A stretch of DNA of 64,000 nucleotides from the NCBI GenBank assembly GCA_964035545.1, contig OZ037767.1, positions 27,916,628-27,980,627 on the forward strand. The letters are read 5' to 3'. Positions 25,689 through 44,030 of the stretch are shown piece after piece. Positions within the stretch are counted from its first letter, which is position 1, and every line of letters starts with the position of its first letter. Position numbers and translations under genes: made by a program. The notes under the pieces were generated by a model. It made no database searches, had not been told where the DNA came from, and worked only from the letters and a program-made list of their open reading frames with translations. This DNA is from Bugula neritina (lineage: Eukaryota; Animalia; Bryozoa).

Positions 25689-28600
25689 ATGATGGAAGGG
25701 AATCACACAATCAACAGTAACCATGGCAACGAAGATATGCACGTTGGCAGCTTTACAGGTCACATCGTCCCTGGCTCTGTATTTCTCTGGGTCTCATTAA
25801 ACTACACCATCCAATTATATCATTGTTACTTCTCAGCAAGAAAGTCTGGCCGTAAGTTCTTTGCTCCATAGTTAAATTAGGTTTCTATTCTACATGAGGC
25901 TAGATTATGTTTTATCATTCAATTTAGTATGTATTTTAGTCATCTAACTGGTAGATTATATATTTGTGTTTGCTATCTTAATGCTATTCTTAATACTAGA
26001 CATTCTCGAAAAAATATCTCCATTTTAACTCTAAATTGTTATTTTAGTGTCAGCTGTTTTATATTATATAGGAAACATTCAATGTTGGTGAATGTTTGAT
26101 AAAATTTTAATTTGAATATTTCTATTTAAAGAAGAAAGTAGTAGAAAAATATTTAGCAATCAATATATCACTTCTATCATAATTTGACAGGTGTGTGATT
26201 TACATTTGACCTGTAGATGATTTTGTCAGGTATGAAGTACAGTGCATCTACACTGCTGTGTGTATTAATTATTAAATCCTTGTCTTTTGCAGGTCAGTTT
26301 AAGGCATCACACGCTCACCCATATTGGTTTTGTCATCGGAAGAAGATAAAATGGCAGCAAATAGAAGCTATTTTTAGACTAATGTTAATTTCTTCTGGCA
26401 TTATAGGAGAAATAATAACGGGTTATGATAGTAAGTACATGTATTGTCTATACTTACTATACATTGGTAGATTGTTAGAGTAAATACATGTATTGCTTAT
26501 ACTTACAGAAGGCATAAAAACAACAAAACTTATTTGAGGCATCCAGTATTAGACTAATGGTGATTAAAGTATAAATTGCAATAAACTTTTCTTTTCACAT
26601 TTCATTTCATGATTGACTTACTGCTCCAGTGAATGACGGATATTATAAGTTTTTCTTTTCTATTCCATTCAATTTTGTACTTATTTTTTTTAGAAAATTT
26701 GAAGAGGTTCACAAATCAGATGATGCATGCAGAGCACATATCTATGTTCACTGGGTTTGCCTTCGCCACTATAGTTGACATTATGAAATATCATAACATC
26801 GCCTGCTTGCCTGACGGTAAATATAAAAATCATACGGTAAATATAAAAACCATACGTAATTGAGAAAGTAGTAAAGCTTATATCTTAATATTTGGGTTAG
26901 TTTTTGGTTACAACATATGACTCTACATCTTTCGTGGTATTGTATACATTTCACAAGATTATTGACTCTACAAAGGTGATGGTGGAATGCAAAGTTTATG
27001 GAAAATAAATTACACACCTTTCTGCTCCAAATCCACTGCTTTTATTTTCATGATCAGTACAGGGTTAGGAGCAGTTGTTCCTTGTCGAAGTGATAATTAT
27101 TCTCTCCTCTGAATATCTTTTAAAACAAACATTTACATTTCCAAAACTTGTGATATGATGTAGGGATACAATTAGTTATTAATATATTATACCATAACAA
27201 TTCAAGTTTTAGTCCAATTTGAATCTAACATGCCTATCCGAATATAATGGTGAAACTCCTACAGGCAAATAATCATAAGTACACTCACTAAACATAAAAG
27301 GCAAATTTGTACACCAGCTTGTTTCAAGAGCTTGAGTAGTTCAGCAATGCCTTGAATGTAATAAAGTAGTGGTTATTCTGGTAACTATTTAACTCTATAG
27401 ACTAGTGCTTTATCTTGCATTCTGCTGTGCCTTGAAATACTTATAAATGGGCATTTTTTTAAAAATTATGCAGTAAAGTTTGCAAATTTTTGTACCCAAA
27501 CTCCTTTCAAATATTAATCACCTTAAAATAAGCATTATATTATAATATTATTATAGTCTGCACATATTAGTCTGCCATGACTTGAAGTTATCCCAATAAT
27601 TACTGATGTATGCTTTTCTTCTGCCAGGAAGTGATTATTTCTGTGGCTTTGGAGCATTGGCTGTAGAATTTGTATTGTTTGCCTACCACCTGCATGGTAG
27701 AACTCTGCTCAACACCCACCTCCATACACTCCTTATTTATACAATCGGACTCAATGCTGTTGCTACAATCACAGAGTATATATATAGAGACAAGTTTATT
27801 TGGTCTCTTCCAAGGTACTTTTACAGCTCTAAATAGAAACTTGATTGTTTAGTAAAAACATTTTGCTCCTCTCCTCCCCCTCTTGGTACACCACACTCTA
27901 GCAGAGGTGTACTAAAGAAAGCTGTCTAAATCACTGCAATTAATTGCAATACGTTTAAAGTATTCCAAAATAGTATATTCATGCAACTCTACTGAGACAT
28001 GCTACTGTCTTTGAAAGAGGACTAGCTAAACTGTAGCTAAACTAGAGAACTTTTGGGAACAGCTAGTCGGTCAATTCTCAAAGAAATCTTCATATAGGTC
28101 AATATGCTTTGATAGCGTGTGATTCGAAATTAGCTTTAATTTAAGCCTCTATGTAACAAGACTTGGTAATTCGACTAATATGGTGTTTCGTGTCAAGTGT
28201 TTACTACAACTCATCATCGTGTAATAAAATCCTGCTCAACAGGCATGCGCACCAGCATATAGCATCTATAAGATCACGTGTAGATAAGAAGAAATACTGC
28301 GTGTGCCAGGAGATTATTCTGCCTTTTATTCTTTGCCATTAGTTGAGGATTTTAGTTGAAATCACAACTTACTCCTAACTCCGCTAGTGTATTCATTAGA
28401 CATGCTATATTATATTGGTCATGTAAACTACTAATCGGTCGCATTCCTTGTGTTACAGAATAGTCTTCCTCTGGCTACAAGGGACTTGGTTCTATCAAAT
28501 AGCTTTCATACTCTTCAATCCTTACAGGGATTCTCCCACCCTTGATGTGAATGATAATGAGTCGGTGATGGTCGTCACTTTATATTTTGCTGGCCACATT

Positions 28601-29727
28601 CTATTAGCTTTTGCAGGTAATGTGATGCTAATACTTTTCTTTCAAAACGTGTTGTTTTGTAATATGATTTCTCCAGGGGGATGCTAGCTCTTTCACTGCC
28701 TTCTGATCATAATATTATAGTCTTTGTTTATAAGCAAGGAACAAAACTTGCCCGCGTTGGTTCATCATTGCAATTGCCTTGTGTGTCTTTCTGTAAAGAT
28801 GTAATAAGGAGTTTATGTAAATCATTTTTAAAACTTTTTGTAATATTTACTTAGTTGATTGAAAAATTGTATATTGATAGAAAAAATAACTCTAAATTAA
28901 ATCACCAACTCTTTTTTGAGGCCTGCAGTGAGAATGAAAATATTAATGTGCTTTGTTAGCAATGACTTTCAGTTTGGAGTGAGTGGAGACGTACTCAAAC
29001 ATAGGTATTGCGTTTAGATTTTAAGCTATATAGTTTAATTTTAGTTGAACATTTCAATCTTTGTAGGAGATATACAATTGATTACTAGGAACTTACGTGA
29101 ACGGGCATCTTTTTTAGCTTTTACTATAGAATTTAGGTCTCTAATGCTGAAAACTTTTTATAGTTTATAGTTTATAGTCATAGGAATTCATAGTTAGAGT
29201 AGTTACTAGAAACTGCTATCTTCGACTCAGGAACTTTGACTGATAGTTGAATATATCAGCAATTTGCATCAAACTAAACAAAACTTAATAAACTGTGAAA
29301 TTAGAACCAAGTCCTAGAGCTGATTAATCTAATATGTAAAATGTGTATTAAACCAACAAAAGTTAATTAGGGGGGGGGGACCTAACATAAAGTGTATGGT
29401 ACTACATTTATCTTTATTTGCTACATCTATTTATTCTGTACAATTTCTTAATATATCACTATAACTACAGTAAACTAATTATTGCAGCTGTTAGAGTTTG
29501 AATATATGTTTGCAGTACAATTCCTAATTGGTGGGTTAGTGTACCTCTGTAATGGCAGACCTGCATTGAAACTAAACAGAGATTATACCCAGCTTGAGGA
29601 AATCTCAACTTCTGGCTCATCGCAATCATCTGCTTCTAACAGTGTAACTGAGAAACACGGGAGTGGAAGTGACAATGAATTGTGGGAAGAGACTAGCAAA
29701 CTGATAAAAGAGCTACCTCACTCATAG
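25689..29727 (+). CDS. TMEM45B: Transmembrane protein 45B-like (DUF716), paralog A
   Basis: Exons 25689-25851, 26293-26430, 26694-26816, 27628-27814, 28459-28616, 29516-29727. Family motifs GSFTGHIVPG, HISMF, AVEFVLFAYHLHGR..L..HLHTLL and LQGTWFYQIAFILF. The start could instead be the ATG at 25737. Confidence 0.92.
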
Positions 29728-31839
29728 ATGTTTTACAGATGCTTATAGTTGGTTGTCAAAATATACAACCTTTTTATTCGTATCTCGTTTGATTTACTGC
29801 TGAATACTTTATCTCTATATAACTGCAATAGTCACAGGCTAGTAATTGTTGCAAAACATAGTATAATATTTCTACATACCGGTTTTTGACTTTTGTCAAT
29901 TGAACTTTTTGCTTCAGTGAGTTAATAACTATGATTCTACAGTAAATGAAGCATAAGGAATTTGCTTCCATAAATTTATAGTTACCTGTTTGGTTTAGTA
30001 TACCTTTCAATCATAATTTGTATTGATGTTTTCATACATTTTAAAAAAGCTGTAAGATGTTTACAAATTATGGAAGCATTAAATTTCATATTTTAATTCT
30101 ATTATAGCCTATATCACTTCAGACATGCAGTTAGTGGTACAATTTATATGTATATGCCCAAAAATATTTTTAGAATTTACTCAACCAATCAGCTCATGTG
30201 TTTTGCTAGATATAAAATGACAAAAAAAAATGAAAACTTATGTGTTTTTATAGTTTACTGTGAAGTGACATGTAAGGTGCAGGTGCTATGACATTTAAAA
30301 TCATGTGTCACTTACAAATATCTAGTTTTAATATGCTACATTTTTGCGCCATGACATACAGTAATACAGTGTTATCATTTTTATACTATGGGTCCATGAT
30401 GTTCTTTTTGTGGGTGAAGGTTAGTTTATCATAAGCAGTTCATTTTATTTTAAATTATTTCAATTAAGTAAAAGTGTTTACTATAATTATTTGATTTCAA
30501 TATTAATCATTACTGTGGGAAAGTCTATTAGCTGATTATTAGTTTATGCTTTTGCATGTTTCTGTTTTTAAGTTGTTTTATTAGTATTACCCAACTGTTC
30601 TTGTTCCAGTTATAACATCTGTGTTTTTTGGAAAATATATTTCACAAAAATAAAATGGTTGTGTGATTGACTGCATAATTTCAAAGTACACATTAAATGT
30701 TGAAAAGTGGAATATACAATAATCATATGCTCAAGAGGATGCATCAAGTAAAAATCCTGTTCTTATATGATTTCTTGAACCATTTCTTTCATATACTCGT
30801 ATATTGTCTAAGCCTTAGGGATTTCCCCTAAATATACTTCCAGTAGTTTGAGTATAAAGGAAAAAGTTGTAAAACTTGGTGAAAACATATTTTTATCCAA
30901 ATAACCTACAGAAATCCCAAACTCACAACTATTGGTTTTATTAAGGTTATACACTTTGATTAGCTGTAATAGCACTACCAGTGTCAGAAATTGCAACATT
31001 ACACAGGTCGATCTGACCGTTATATATTTTATGACAATATATTGCAGATTTAAACATGTTTCTATGCTATAGAAATATAAAAATCCTATAAATTTATTTA
31101 CAATTCTGTAGTTAGCAATTCCCAATATAATAAATAATCTATTATATAATATATTGTATGGCTATAATATGTTACTCAGACAAACAAGTTGGAGTTGTCC
31201 TTTCACTCCTAATGGAACTTCGCTACTGGTTATAATCTTTTTATTCTAATAAACCAACTTGCAGTTGTCAGGTTAAATCTAAGTTATTTATAGCAAATTT
31301 CTACAATAAGCCTCAATTGACTCTCACACACCATGTAAGCCTTGAACAGTTTGAAGCAATTGGGAAGGAAAAACACATATGCCTTCTGTTATACTTCCAG
31401 GCAAGCCCTGTAAGTGTGGGGCTAGCTGTCACAACTTTGTAACACAAAAGTTTTCATTTTTGAATAATTATTGTGCTTTTGAAAAAATTAAAATCGTGTC
31501 CTCTCTATTTAAGTGTTTGTGATGAATTAATACATATGTTTTGTTCAGGAACCAGTCTTTAGAGATGTGAAATGGCGTTTATATTCAACTGCAGAAGACG
31601 AGCGTAACAATAAAGCCATGTACAAGAATGCGTTATTACGGAAAGTCAAAACAATTACAACACACATTACTATGCCATGTTATGAACAGCACTAATTTTA
31701 GTCAATGTTTGGCTGTTATGCAAGTTACAGTATCTTAAAAAGAAGAGACACTACAAAACCATAAATTCATTCTAATAAATACGGTAAAACACAATGAAAT
31801 GATGATCAGTGATGACAAAATTTGAGAGAAATGGTAATG

Positions 31840-34800
31840 TCACTGCATTGGCTTGTATTCTGCCATATTATTATTAAGTTTATCCCATGAGTCAGTGTCG
31901 GTCTCCTGCTCAATAGCGAATGTATCGTTAGAAGTTCGAAATCTGTTGCTTAGCTGTGAGTAGTGGGAAGTTGTTTTCTTTCGGCCATAGCACAAGTAAC
32001 ATATAGTCCCAATAATAATTTGCACTATAAAATATTAGAAGGTTATTTGAGGTTGATCTACTGTAGAAGATTAATTAGTATAAGTGCAGAATTTCATTCA
32101 AGTGAGTACATGCATGTCTTTAGAAGAGATGTTTGTGTGATGACAGCATGCATTACTGAGGAGTTATTTAAGTGCCATCAGCTAGCATTATAAATGCATG
32201 TGTAAGCCCACAACATGTAAATGAGAATATAACTTGAAAAAGTTTAACTTTGTAAAAAGAACAGCACTCTAAAGGAATGTAGGGGCAGGTAATAAGCAAC
32301 AAACACATAAGTTGGGAACCATATAAGCTCTAAGCAGTTGAAAGTAATTGTAGACCACAGTTGTTCAAGTGGTACAGTCTATGAACTAAACTTGCCTGCG
32401 AAAGCTGCTAGAATATGCCCAGAGAAATAGAGAGTAGAGATCATTACTGACTCGCTGTCATTCTCATCCAAAGAGGGCGCTGACCGGGCGGGGTTAAAGA
32501 GAATCAGCGCTGTTTGAATTAGCCATGTTCCTTGAAGACAGTAAAAGAACTGCCTAAACAAAGAAAATAGTAAATTCTGTATTGTCAAAGTTTTAATATC
32601 AAAATATAAAGTTGTAAATTTTATCAAATTTTAGTTTAATTGCGGCTTTTTTCTTTTGTGAAATATAAATATATATATAATAGCTCACTGAAATTTTTAT
32701 TTTTCCAGAATCGAAATTTTGCAAAAATATAGACACCGCTTGTCCAGGTTTTGATGGTAAAGCTAGTTGGATGGTAAAGCTGGTGTTAGCATTAAGCAAG
32801 CTAGGCTGGCGATAGCATTATGCACAAGCCAATATTGAAATCAAATAACTACTTTTTAATCACTTTGTAATTTACTTATCACTAAAGCTGTCTTGCATGA
32901 ATTTTTTTACATAAACACCAATAAAATAATATGTTATTATAGTTTTGTACTAGGTAATGTAAATATATTGTTAACATTATCATACCATTTTTTTGTATGT
33001 TGCACTAATTATTTCAGACTGGTTACAAAGGTGCTTGCTCTTAGAGAGTACTTAGACATAGAGTTTTGAAATTTAAACATTAAATTCAGTCATAGATACT
33101 AGCAAAAAGTTGAAGGTGATGTTAATCTAACACAAATCAAATCATGAACAAGTTGACACGTAAGGAGTTGTCTGGCCATGAATCCAACTAAAAAGCAGAA
33201 AGTAAATATAAGCCCATTTCCCATTATCTATGTTTATGATGATTTGTCTATGTTTATAAAGGGCTAATTTAAAAAACCAGATGCCTGTAGAAAACTTTCA
33301 GAGCAATGCCTAATATACTAGCTCTCAATAACTGTATTTTCTTTTTAAACACCTTTTTTCTCATCTCAAACATCCATTAGACACGTTTGGTCTTTCATCT
33401 TACAGCAGTGGCTATTCTGATGCATGTACCACTATTTTAGAAACAGCAACAACAAAAGAATATATAATGTGCATGATGAGATAGGTAGCTCAGCCCATTG
33501 CATGACTATGTAGTTGTGTTTCTAAGAGCGACAACAAAAAGGTATAAAAAAATGATGTGTAAACAAACAATATTATAAAATTTTGCTTAAAACCAGTTGC
33601 TTTTACTCTTTATGACTGAAAAAGATGCTTCTTCCAGAATATCTTAGAACTTAGATTAGAAAACAAGTTTCATCCCAATATTGCAGTCATCATCAATGAG
33701 TTTATATGAGCAGCTACCCACAATTTACTATACCCATTATATAGTATGATGCATCAAAAAATAAGTAATTGACATAGGCTTATGGCTAGTAACTAGGAAA
33801 CTTTTCATAGAGAGATTCTCTTTATGGCCCATGTGATGTGATTGAAATAAGCTTCTTGATAATCAAATAAAATCAACTGCAACAAAGCATGCAGTTTTAT
33901 GGCTGAGGAATTCAAAAGTACTTTAAAGTATGTTGCATAACTAAAAATTGTATCACTTATGGCTTACAATTATTTCGCAATAAGTTTGTCTCAAATTAAG
34001 TTCAATTTCAAGCATTTGACTAACCAAATAAATCATACAGTATATGCTGATAATCTAAAAATTAAGGTATATCTGTAGAATGGAGAATATTTTACGATTA
34101 ACAACATACCTTGGAAGAGACCAAATAAACTTGTCTCTATATATATACTCTGTGATTGTAGCAATAGCATTGAGTCCAACTGTATAAATAAGGAGTGTAT
34201 GGAGGTGTGTGTTGAGCAGAGTTCTACCATGCAGGTGAAAAGCTAGCAGTACAAACTGCACCCCAAAAGCTCCAAGTCCACAGAAATAAGCACTGCCTAT
34301 ATGAACATATAATATAAATGTTATTGTAATGATTTGCCTAATTACCTTGTAAAATGCAGTATGCAAATTTGAATGATGGCATATTTATTCTATATTAATT
34401 CAATCTCAAGATTTAAAACTTGAAGAATCGATTTTAATTTAACCAGTTGTCAATATTTGTATATGTATTTCAAGGTCGTAGTTGTAATGACTTAAACTGT
34501 GCATTGTAATATCATATAATATTCTATAACATAATAAACATACATTATATAATATTATATAATATAACTATATTACATTACAATAATTGAGAATTTGGGT
34601 CAGCCTTTTTAATTATAAACATTGGTGAGGAGGGTTTTTATTAGAGAAGGTTGCATTCTATTTTATTCTACTATTTAACTATTTATAGCACTTGTTTTAC
34701 AGCCTATAGACCTATAAACCTATAGAGCTGAGGGATAGAAGTTTACTTAGTTGGTTAGCTCCACAACATCTTTGCAAACCTGTTCAGGAAATCTGCTGGT

Positions 34801-37684
34801 ATATGAAATATAAAGAGTCAATGTTCTAATAGACCCATATATAGATCAGAAGAAATTTCATTATTATTACATATATATTCTAGAGCAACAGCTGCATGTA
34901 TTTGCTTGCTAATAAATGAAGACATGTAGTATATTTTAATGATGGCTAGCTGGACATATTCTGTTGTAATGAAATACTAAGTTTGTCTGCAATTTTTTTG
35001 GAAGAACTGTGGGAAATTGTGAGAAACACCTGGCATTTTATATGTCATACATTTACATGTATGCTTTACATGTAAACTCATAACATAAATCTACTTGCTT
35101 ACAAATTATATGCAATACTCACATTATTGTATCGTAGTATTTATAGTTGTAACGTGTATAAGTGCAGCACAGTTTGTGCTCCCTATTCACATCTATAATA
35201 TACCTTATCTACACTTCTGGACCATATCTACACCACTGAACTGAAGCTATAACTATAGTTCAATGATCTACACCATTGATTATATGTTCATGCACTCTAT
35301 CTACATACATATATCCTACCTACACCTATGTACCTTATTTACCATGAACTTATGGACATAAACTATACTGTAGACACATTATATATGGTGAGTCAGTGAG
35401 CATTTTGAACTTTAAGTAGCTGAAAGTTATATAACCTAATCAAACCAAACCCGACTTAACCTGATATGTGACAAACAGCTAATAATGTGGCAAATTTTAA
35501 ACTGATGGTTATATTCCAGTAGCAAAGAATAATTGTATTGTTGATAGACTTAGTTCTACTCATTGTGCACAACCTACCATCTGGCAGACAGCTATTTCCA
35601 TGGTAGGTGAGAATGTCCACAAAAGCTGACAAGCCAAAGGCTGTGAATATTGCACTGTGCTCAGCGTGAATGACTCCATTTGTGTATTTCCTGTTGTGAC
35701 CTATATAATTTCATAACAACACAACTGATAGAGCAGGCAGTGATGGCAAGGAGTCTGTTTATGAATAATTCATTAGCATTTTTTCCTGCTGGTGGTGGCC
35801 TACCATCACTACATGGTGTCTGATGTCCAAGTGCTATTGACACATAACTGCTGAGGTGAAAGCTATAGAAAGCATTAAGTAAGGCTGTAATAATTCTGTT
35901 ATAAATGAATATGGATTACAACAGTTTGGTATGCGAAGTAATGAATCAGGCTTTGAAGTGGTTTATATTATTTTAGTTAACTCTTAAACCTACAGTATAA
36001 CATGCTAATCACAAAAATAATAACCAACAGTTATAACTTGAATGCACATTTTTTTGCATTATTAAATGTTATCAACTATTATTACAGATACTGTAGTTTT
36101 ACAACCCCTTATATGATAGCATAATAATATTATTATTATTGTATAAACATTTCTGATTGGTTCCATAGAAATTGCCACAGAGTCTATACTGAAATTAACA
36201 GATCACAGACCTTATGGTTCTAATAACAACATAAAAGTATTGTTTGATATGTTTGACAGCTAATGACACATTAGGCACTTGAATTTAAACATATTATTAT
36301 GTATCAAACAATCAACAATTTCATTAGAACAAAAATAAAATGATTTTGATTCACCAATTAAAAAAACAACCAATAAATTAAATCTTTTAGAACAAATTGT
36401 TTTATAAGCAGCTTTGAGTTGAGGGCGACTGAGTGCAATAGTTTGCGGTTCTCAGGTTTGGAGTTGGGGGCCTCAATAAGCCCCAGCTTTAACATGAGAA
36501 GCCTCAGACTACTGTACTCGATCACCCCTAACTCCGAGCTGCTTATAGAAAATATTTTCCAAAACACAAGGAAACCATAACCTAATAACCTTATAGGATA
36601 CAGGGTGGAGAAGGAAGTCTTTACATAATAGCAACTTGTTCACCTTTGAACCCTGACAGCAGCTCAGCAGCAACTCCAAGGAACAGAAGGGTAAATCGAA
36701 CTACAGCTTCTATCTGACGTGTTTTAGCAGTTTTGTTACTCAAAAACCAATATGAATGACCATGAGAAGCTTGGAAGCACTCTGCAAATTAATATACCGA
36801 TAAAGTAACAAATGCATTGCTTTTTGTATAACTCTAGTGATGTTGGCTTTTTTAAAAAAAACCTGCAATATATAAATCAGCTAAAGGCTCTGCATCATCA
36901 AACTGGAATCAGTTGTCCATGTTAAGTATACACATGTGTATATATTCAAATTAATTCCCTGTTGTCAATGCCAAGAATCTGGAACTGAAGAGTTATGTTT
37001 GCATAATAATGGAGTTGAAATGTTACACTGAATGAAGCTTTCAAATACCTACCTGTACTTTTTACATTCATTAAAATAAAAAACAAAAATAGAGCAGCTG
37101 TGATTCAGTAGCCATAGTAATGACCTAGTATGACACAAGTAGACTAGAACATCGTTCAGATGCAGTAGTGGAGAAATTTCAATTTCAAATTTAACTTTTT
37201 GAATAAACCTTGGTTTGAAGAAACGGTTGAAATTCTTGTGAGAACATAACTTTTTTGCTACATTTCTAATCTAGAACACAGGCTTTTCTCAATTTCTCCA
37301 TCACTGCACCTATTTCCACAACATAATCCCCCCAGCTATGTTGTCAACATAGCTGAGACATGGCTTTCATCTGTCTAAATAAAATCCTTTACCATTGTAT
37401 TTCTCATAGACATTGTGAGTTTAAGCAAACGTGACTTGAAACACAACACAAAATATACTCAACTGATAAACTAATGACTTAATATTCCAAGATCACTATA
37501 AAATTACAAGTATACCAAACTAATATAGTAAATGGCACATACTTTTCTTTGAATTAGACTTGAAGTGCTGCCGATAGAGATCCACGCTGCCGTAGATTGA
37601 TATTGTTATGAAGAGTATTCCTGGCAACATGTGACCAATGAACCTTGGCACTCGCATCTCCGCCATCGATTCATTGTACTCCAT
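31840..37684 (-). CDS. TMEM45B: Transmembrane protein 45B-like (DUF716), paralog B, convergent with paralog A
   Basis: Exons 37543-37684 (MEYNESMAEMRVPRFIGHMLPG...), 36644-36781, 35578-35700, 34110-34296, 32396-32553, 31840-32024. Internal exon sizes (138, 123, 187, 158 nt) equal those of paralog A. The last intron needs a GC donor (CAG|GCAAGT). Confidence 0.92.
37158..37311. mobile_element. ~150-bp MITE family, TIR about AGGTGCAGTAGTGGAGAAATT
   Basis: Imperfect TIRs and shared internal sequence with copies at 54196-54333, 54741-54897, 55736-55897 and 57726-57850. Confidence 0.75.
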
Positions 37685-40600
37685 TGCTGCTCCTCTTCAG
37701 CCTACAGATTGCGAACTTTTGTGCAGCACATGTATTCAAACTAACATGGAGAGAGATTGATGGTACTGCTTGTAAGTAGTTTTCAGCGTATCATAGTTTT
37801 GGACATTTTCCAACACAGGTATAATTGCTTGTATATGCATTGTGTGTATCCTAATATCTGTTTGGAACCAAGTAACATCCTACTCTCTTAACATGTAGCA
37901 GTCAATAGCCTAAGTTGTTTTGACTATATGGATTTTGAATTTGAGACCTGCTGAAAATTCCCAAGAGCAAAACTTCTATTGCAAGGCTTTATATTTAGAC
38001 CACAGGCTTTTAAAGCATCTCTCTTCAGAGAACTCAAGCTCACATTTTTCAGTTTCAACTGACTGCATAAGAAGTAGCTGCTAGAGTGTTCTACTATTAA
38101 ATATAAAACATCAAGAGTAGCAGTTTTATAGTCTGCATAAGGAATAATTGTCAAGTTGATATTTTTATACTCTACTTTATGCAACGAATTAATCGATACA
38201 CAATTCACATCTTTTCAAGCTTGCCAAAATATTTTCTTGAATTATCACTGCTACAGAGTAGCAAGTGGAGGCAGCCTATTTATAAAGTGATTAACTGCAT
38301 TATCTGATTAGAAGTAGTTTCAATTCATTATTTTATTTATTGCTCAAATATACATTCATTACATTAGAAGTGAAAGCAGAAAATGCAAGTTGTTATATGT
38401 TGGAGAAAACTAATTAGCAAAACATATATTTACTTCAGACAGTGGAAAAAAACCATGACAAATCTAGTGTAATAGCAATTTGTATGACTGAGAAGAGCTA
38501 TCTAGTTATAAACGTGCTTATTGAGTGTGTAAATGTTTTAATAGCTGAAACTTTCCTGTTTTTGTGTACAATAGTCACTATCAAGTTAAGTACTCTCAGG
38601 TATATTATCCTCCGAAAATGCAAGCCTCACAAAACTAAAAGTTTTGAGTTAAATGCTATTTGCAACAAATTTTCACATATGTGCAGTAAAGGAGAATTTT
38701 CAATAGTCTAAATTCTTCAGATTTTTTTCTATTTCCCATTACTACACCTACCTCTAGTTTGTATAGATATCTATTGCCAACCATATAGTATATATATGAC
38801 AGGTAGAGCAGACCTTACCTGTATGTCTACCTGTCTATTACTCTCTATTAATAATGACTGTCACAATACTGCTCCAAACAACTCATGCATGAAAGAGAGT
38901 ACCAACACTTCCTCTGTCCACATACTTCACAGTACAGTAATGAAATAGAATTATGCATGCACAGCGCAGCAGTTGAGCTAAAATTATCAGTTAACCTTAA
39001 TGAATAAATTTTAATTCTATTAAAGAAGAAATCTGATAATCTGTATAAGACAATTCAATATTATAGAAAGAATAACCAGAGTTAACAAGGAAAGACAACT
39101 TTGCATTTAAAGGTCTACCACGAGCATGTGCCAGTTAGTGAAATGTAAACAAAGCTTAATAATTTAACAAACACCATGCTAATGTAAAGTTGGGCGTTGA
39201 GATAGGTCATAAGAGCATGCTGCATATGTGTTTAACTAATATTCTATTTATATTCCCCCCTACAACATACTCATTACCTTTTGTTATAAAAGTATAATCG
39301 TTTATAAAACATTATTTGGTTATTGAATTTATAGAATTGACATCTAACTGGTAATATAAATTACAACTTGATTAAACTCAGTGGTACCAAAAAAATAATG
39401 GCTAATGATTATCTAGCATTAGGAAATTCTACAATGTTGACAAAAGTATATTTAATAGCTTTTAGATACCTGTGTATACAAATTTCGTGCACGACTGAGC
39501 AATTGCATGGATTGCGTAACATATTATATATAAATTACAAGTATATAAAATAAGGTGTGATGTATAATATTTTTAACAGTTGCTACAGTGTCTTGTATAT
39601 ATATGGAGTAGTCTACTAAATTTGCAGATGGAACTGATATAGTAAGTTGAAAAAAATACAGTTAAATGCCTGAAACATGCTACTATATGCCAGTACGCTG
39701 CTGAAAACTGGTCTGAATTGATAAATTAATGAAGTAATTCTTGTGTGATTATAATATTATGATGTCTAGGGTGAGACTAATTCCAGATATTGTGGTAAAT
39801 ATTTATATACATATTGGCAAAAGTGCAATTTTACTACATATAAAAATGTTTTACGTATTACTAGGCATGCAACTGTACTGTATATGAAGGTCAGTTGTAG
39901 ACCATTTCAAGTAGTTGTTAATTTTATTATAACCATAATTTAATGAGGGCCAAGATAAATCTGCATGCAGGTATAATAGGACTATATCTAGCGTTTAGAC
40001 ATCGCTGTATATGCATGGTGCATGAAGTTACAGTGCTAGCTTGACTATTATGAGTTATAAAATGGAATGACATGAAAGTCAAGAGAAGACAAATTCAACA
40101 GTGCAAAATCTACATTATGTAATTTAGCTCCTTGTTACGTGAGATTTCGTGCAAGGGATGGTGTTTATTTGATTCAAGTTCTTTAAAAGTTTAACGTGAA
40201 TAAAAAGTTTCTCGTAAGCTATATTTATATAAGATATTAAGTAAACTAATGCACAAGATAGATATGAATGGCTGTTTTATATTATCAATTTTATTAAGGG
40301 CAGTATAACTTTCCGCTACTGCTCAGACGCAATCCAATAAAATTAAAATAAATTAAAAAAGAATGAGAAATATTTAAATATCAGCCAAAATGCATTAATT
40401 ACAATTTAACAGTACTACATATTACAAAATATTTCACAATAATATTCTTATATTCTTTATTTAGACAGGAAATCAGTTATAAAAACCAAACGACTTGGAA
40501 TGACAACTCCTTTAAGAGTTGACAAACAGTCAAGTAATGAGGTTTTTACCCACGAGCTAGCTGTGAGCAAAGCATTACTACTGGAAATACGCAGCCTAAG

Positions 40601-40690
40601 TTATAGAATGAAGCAATAACTGTACAGGTCAGTTGTAGAACAGGTGGTGATAACTGCAGGCATTTACTCTGTAACTATGAGAGAGTTTAT

Positions 40691-44030
<3,340 letters not shown>

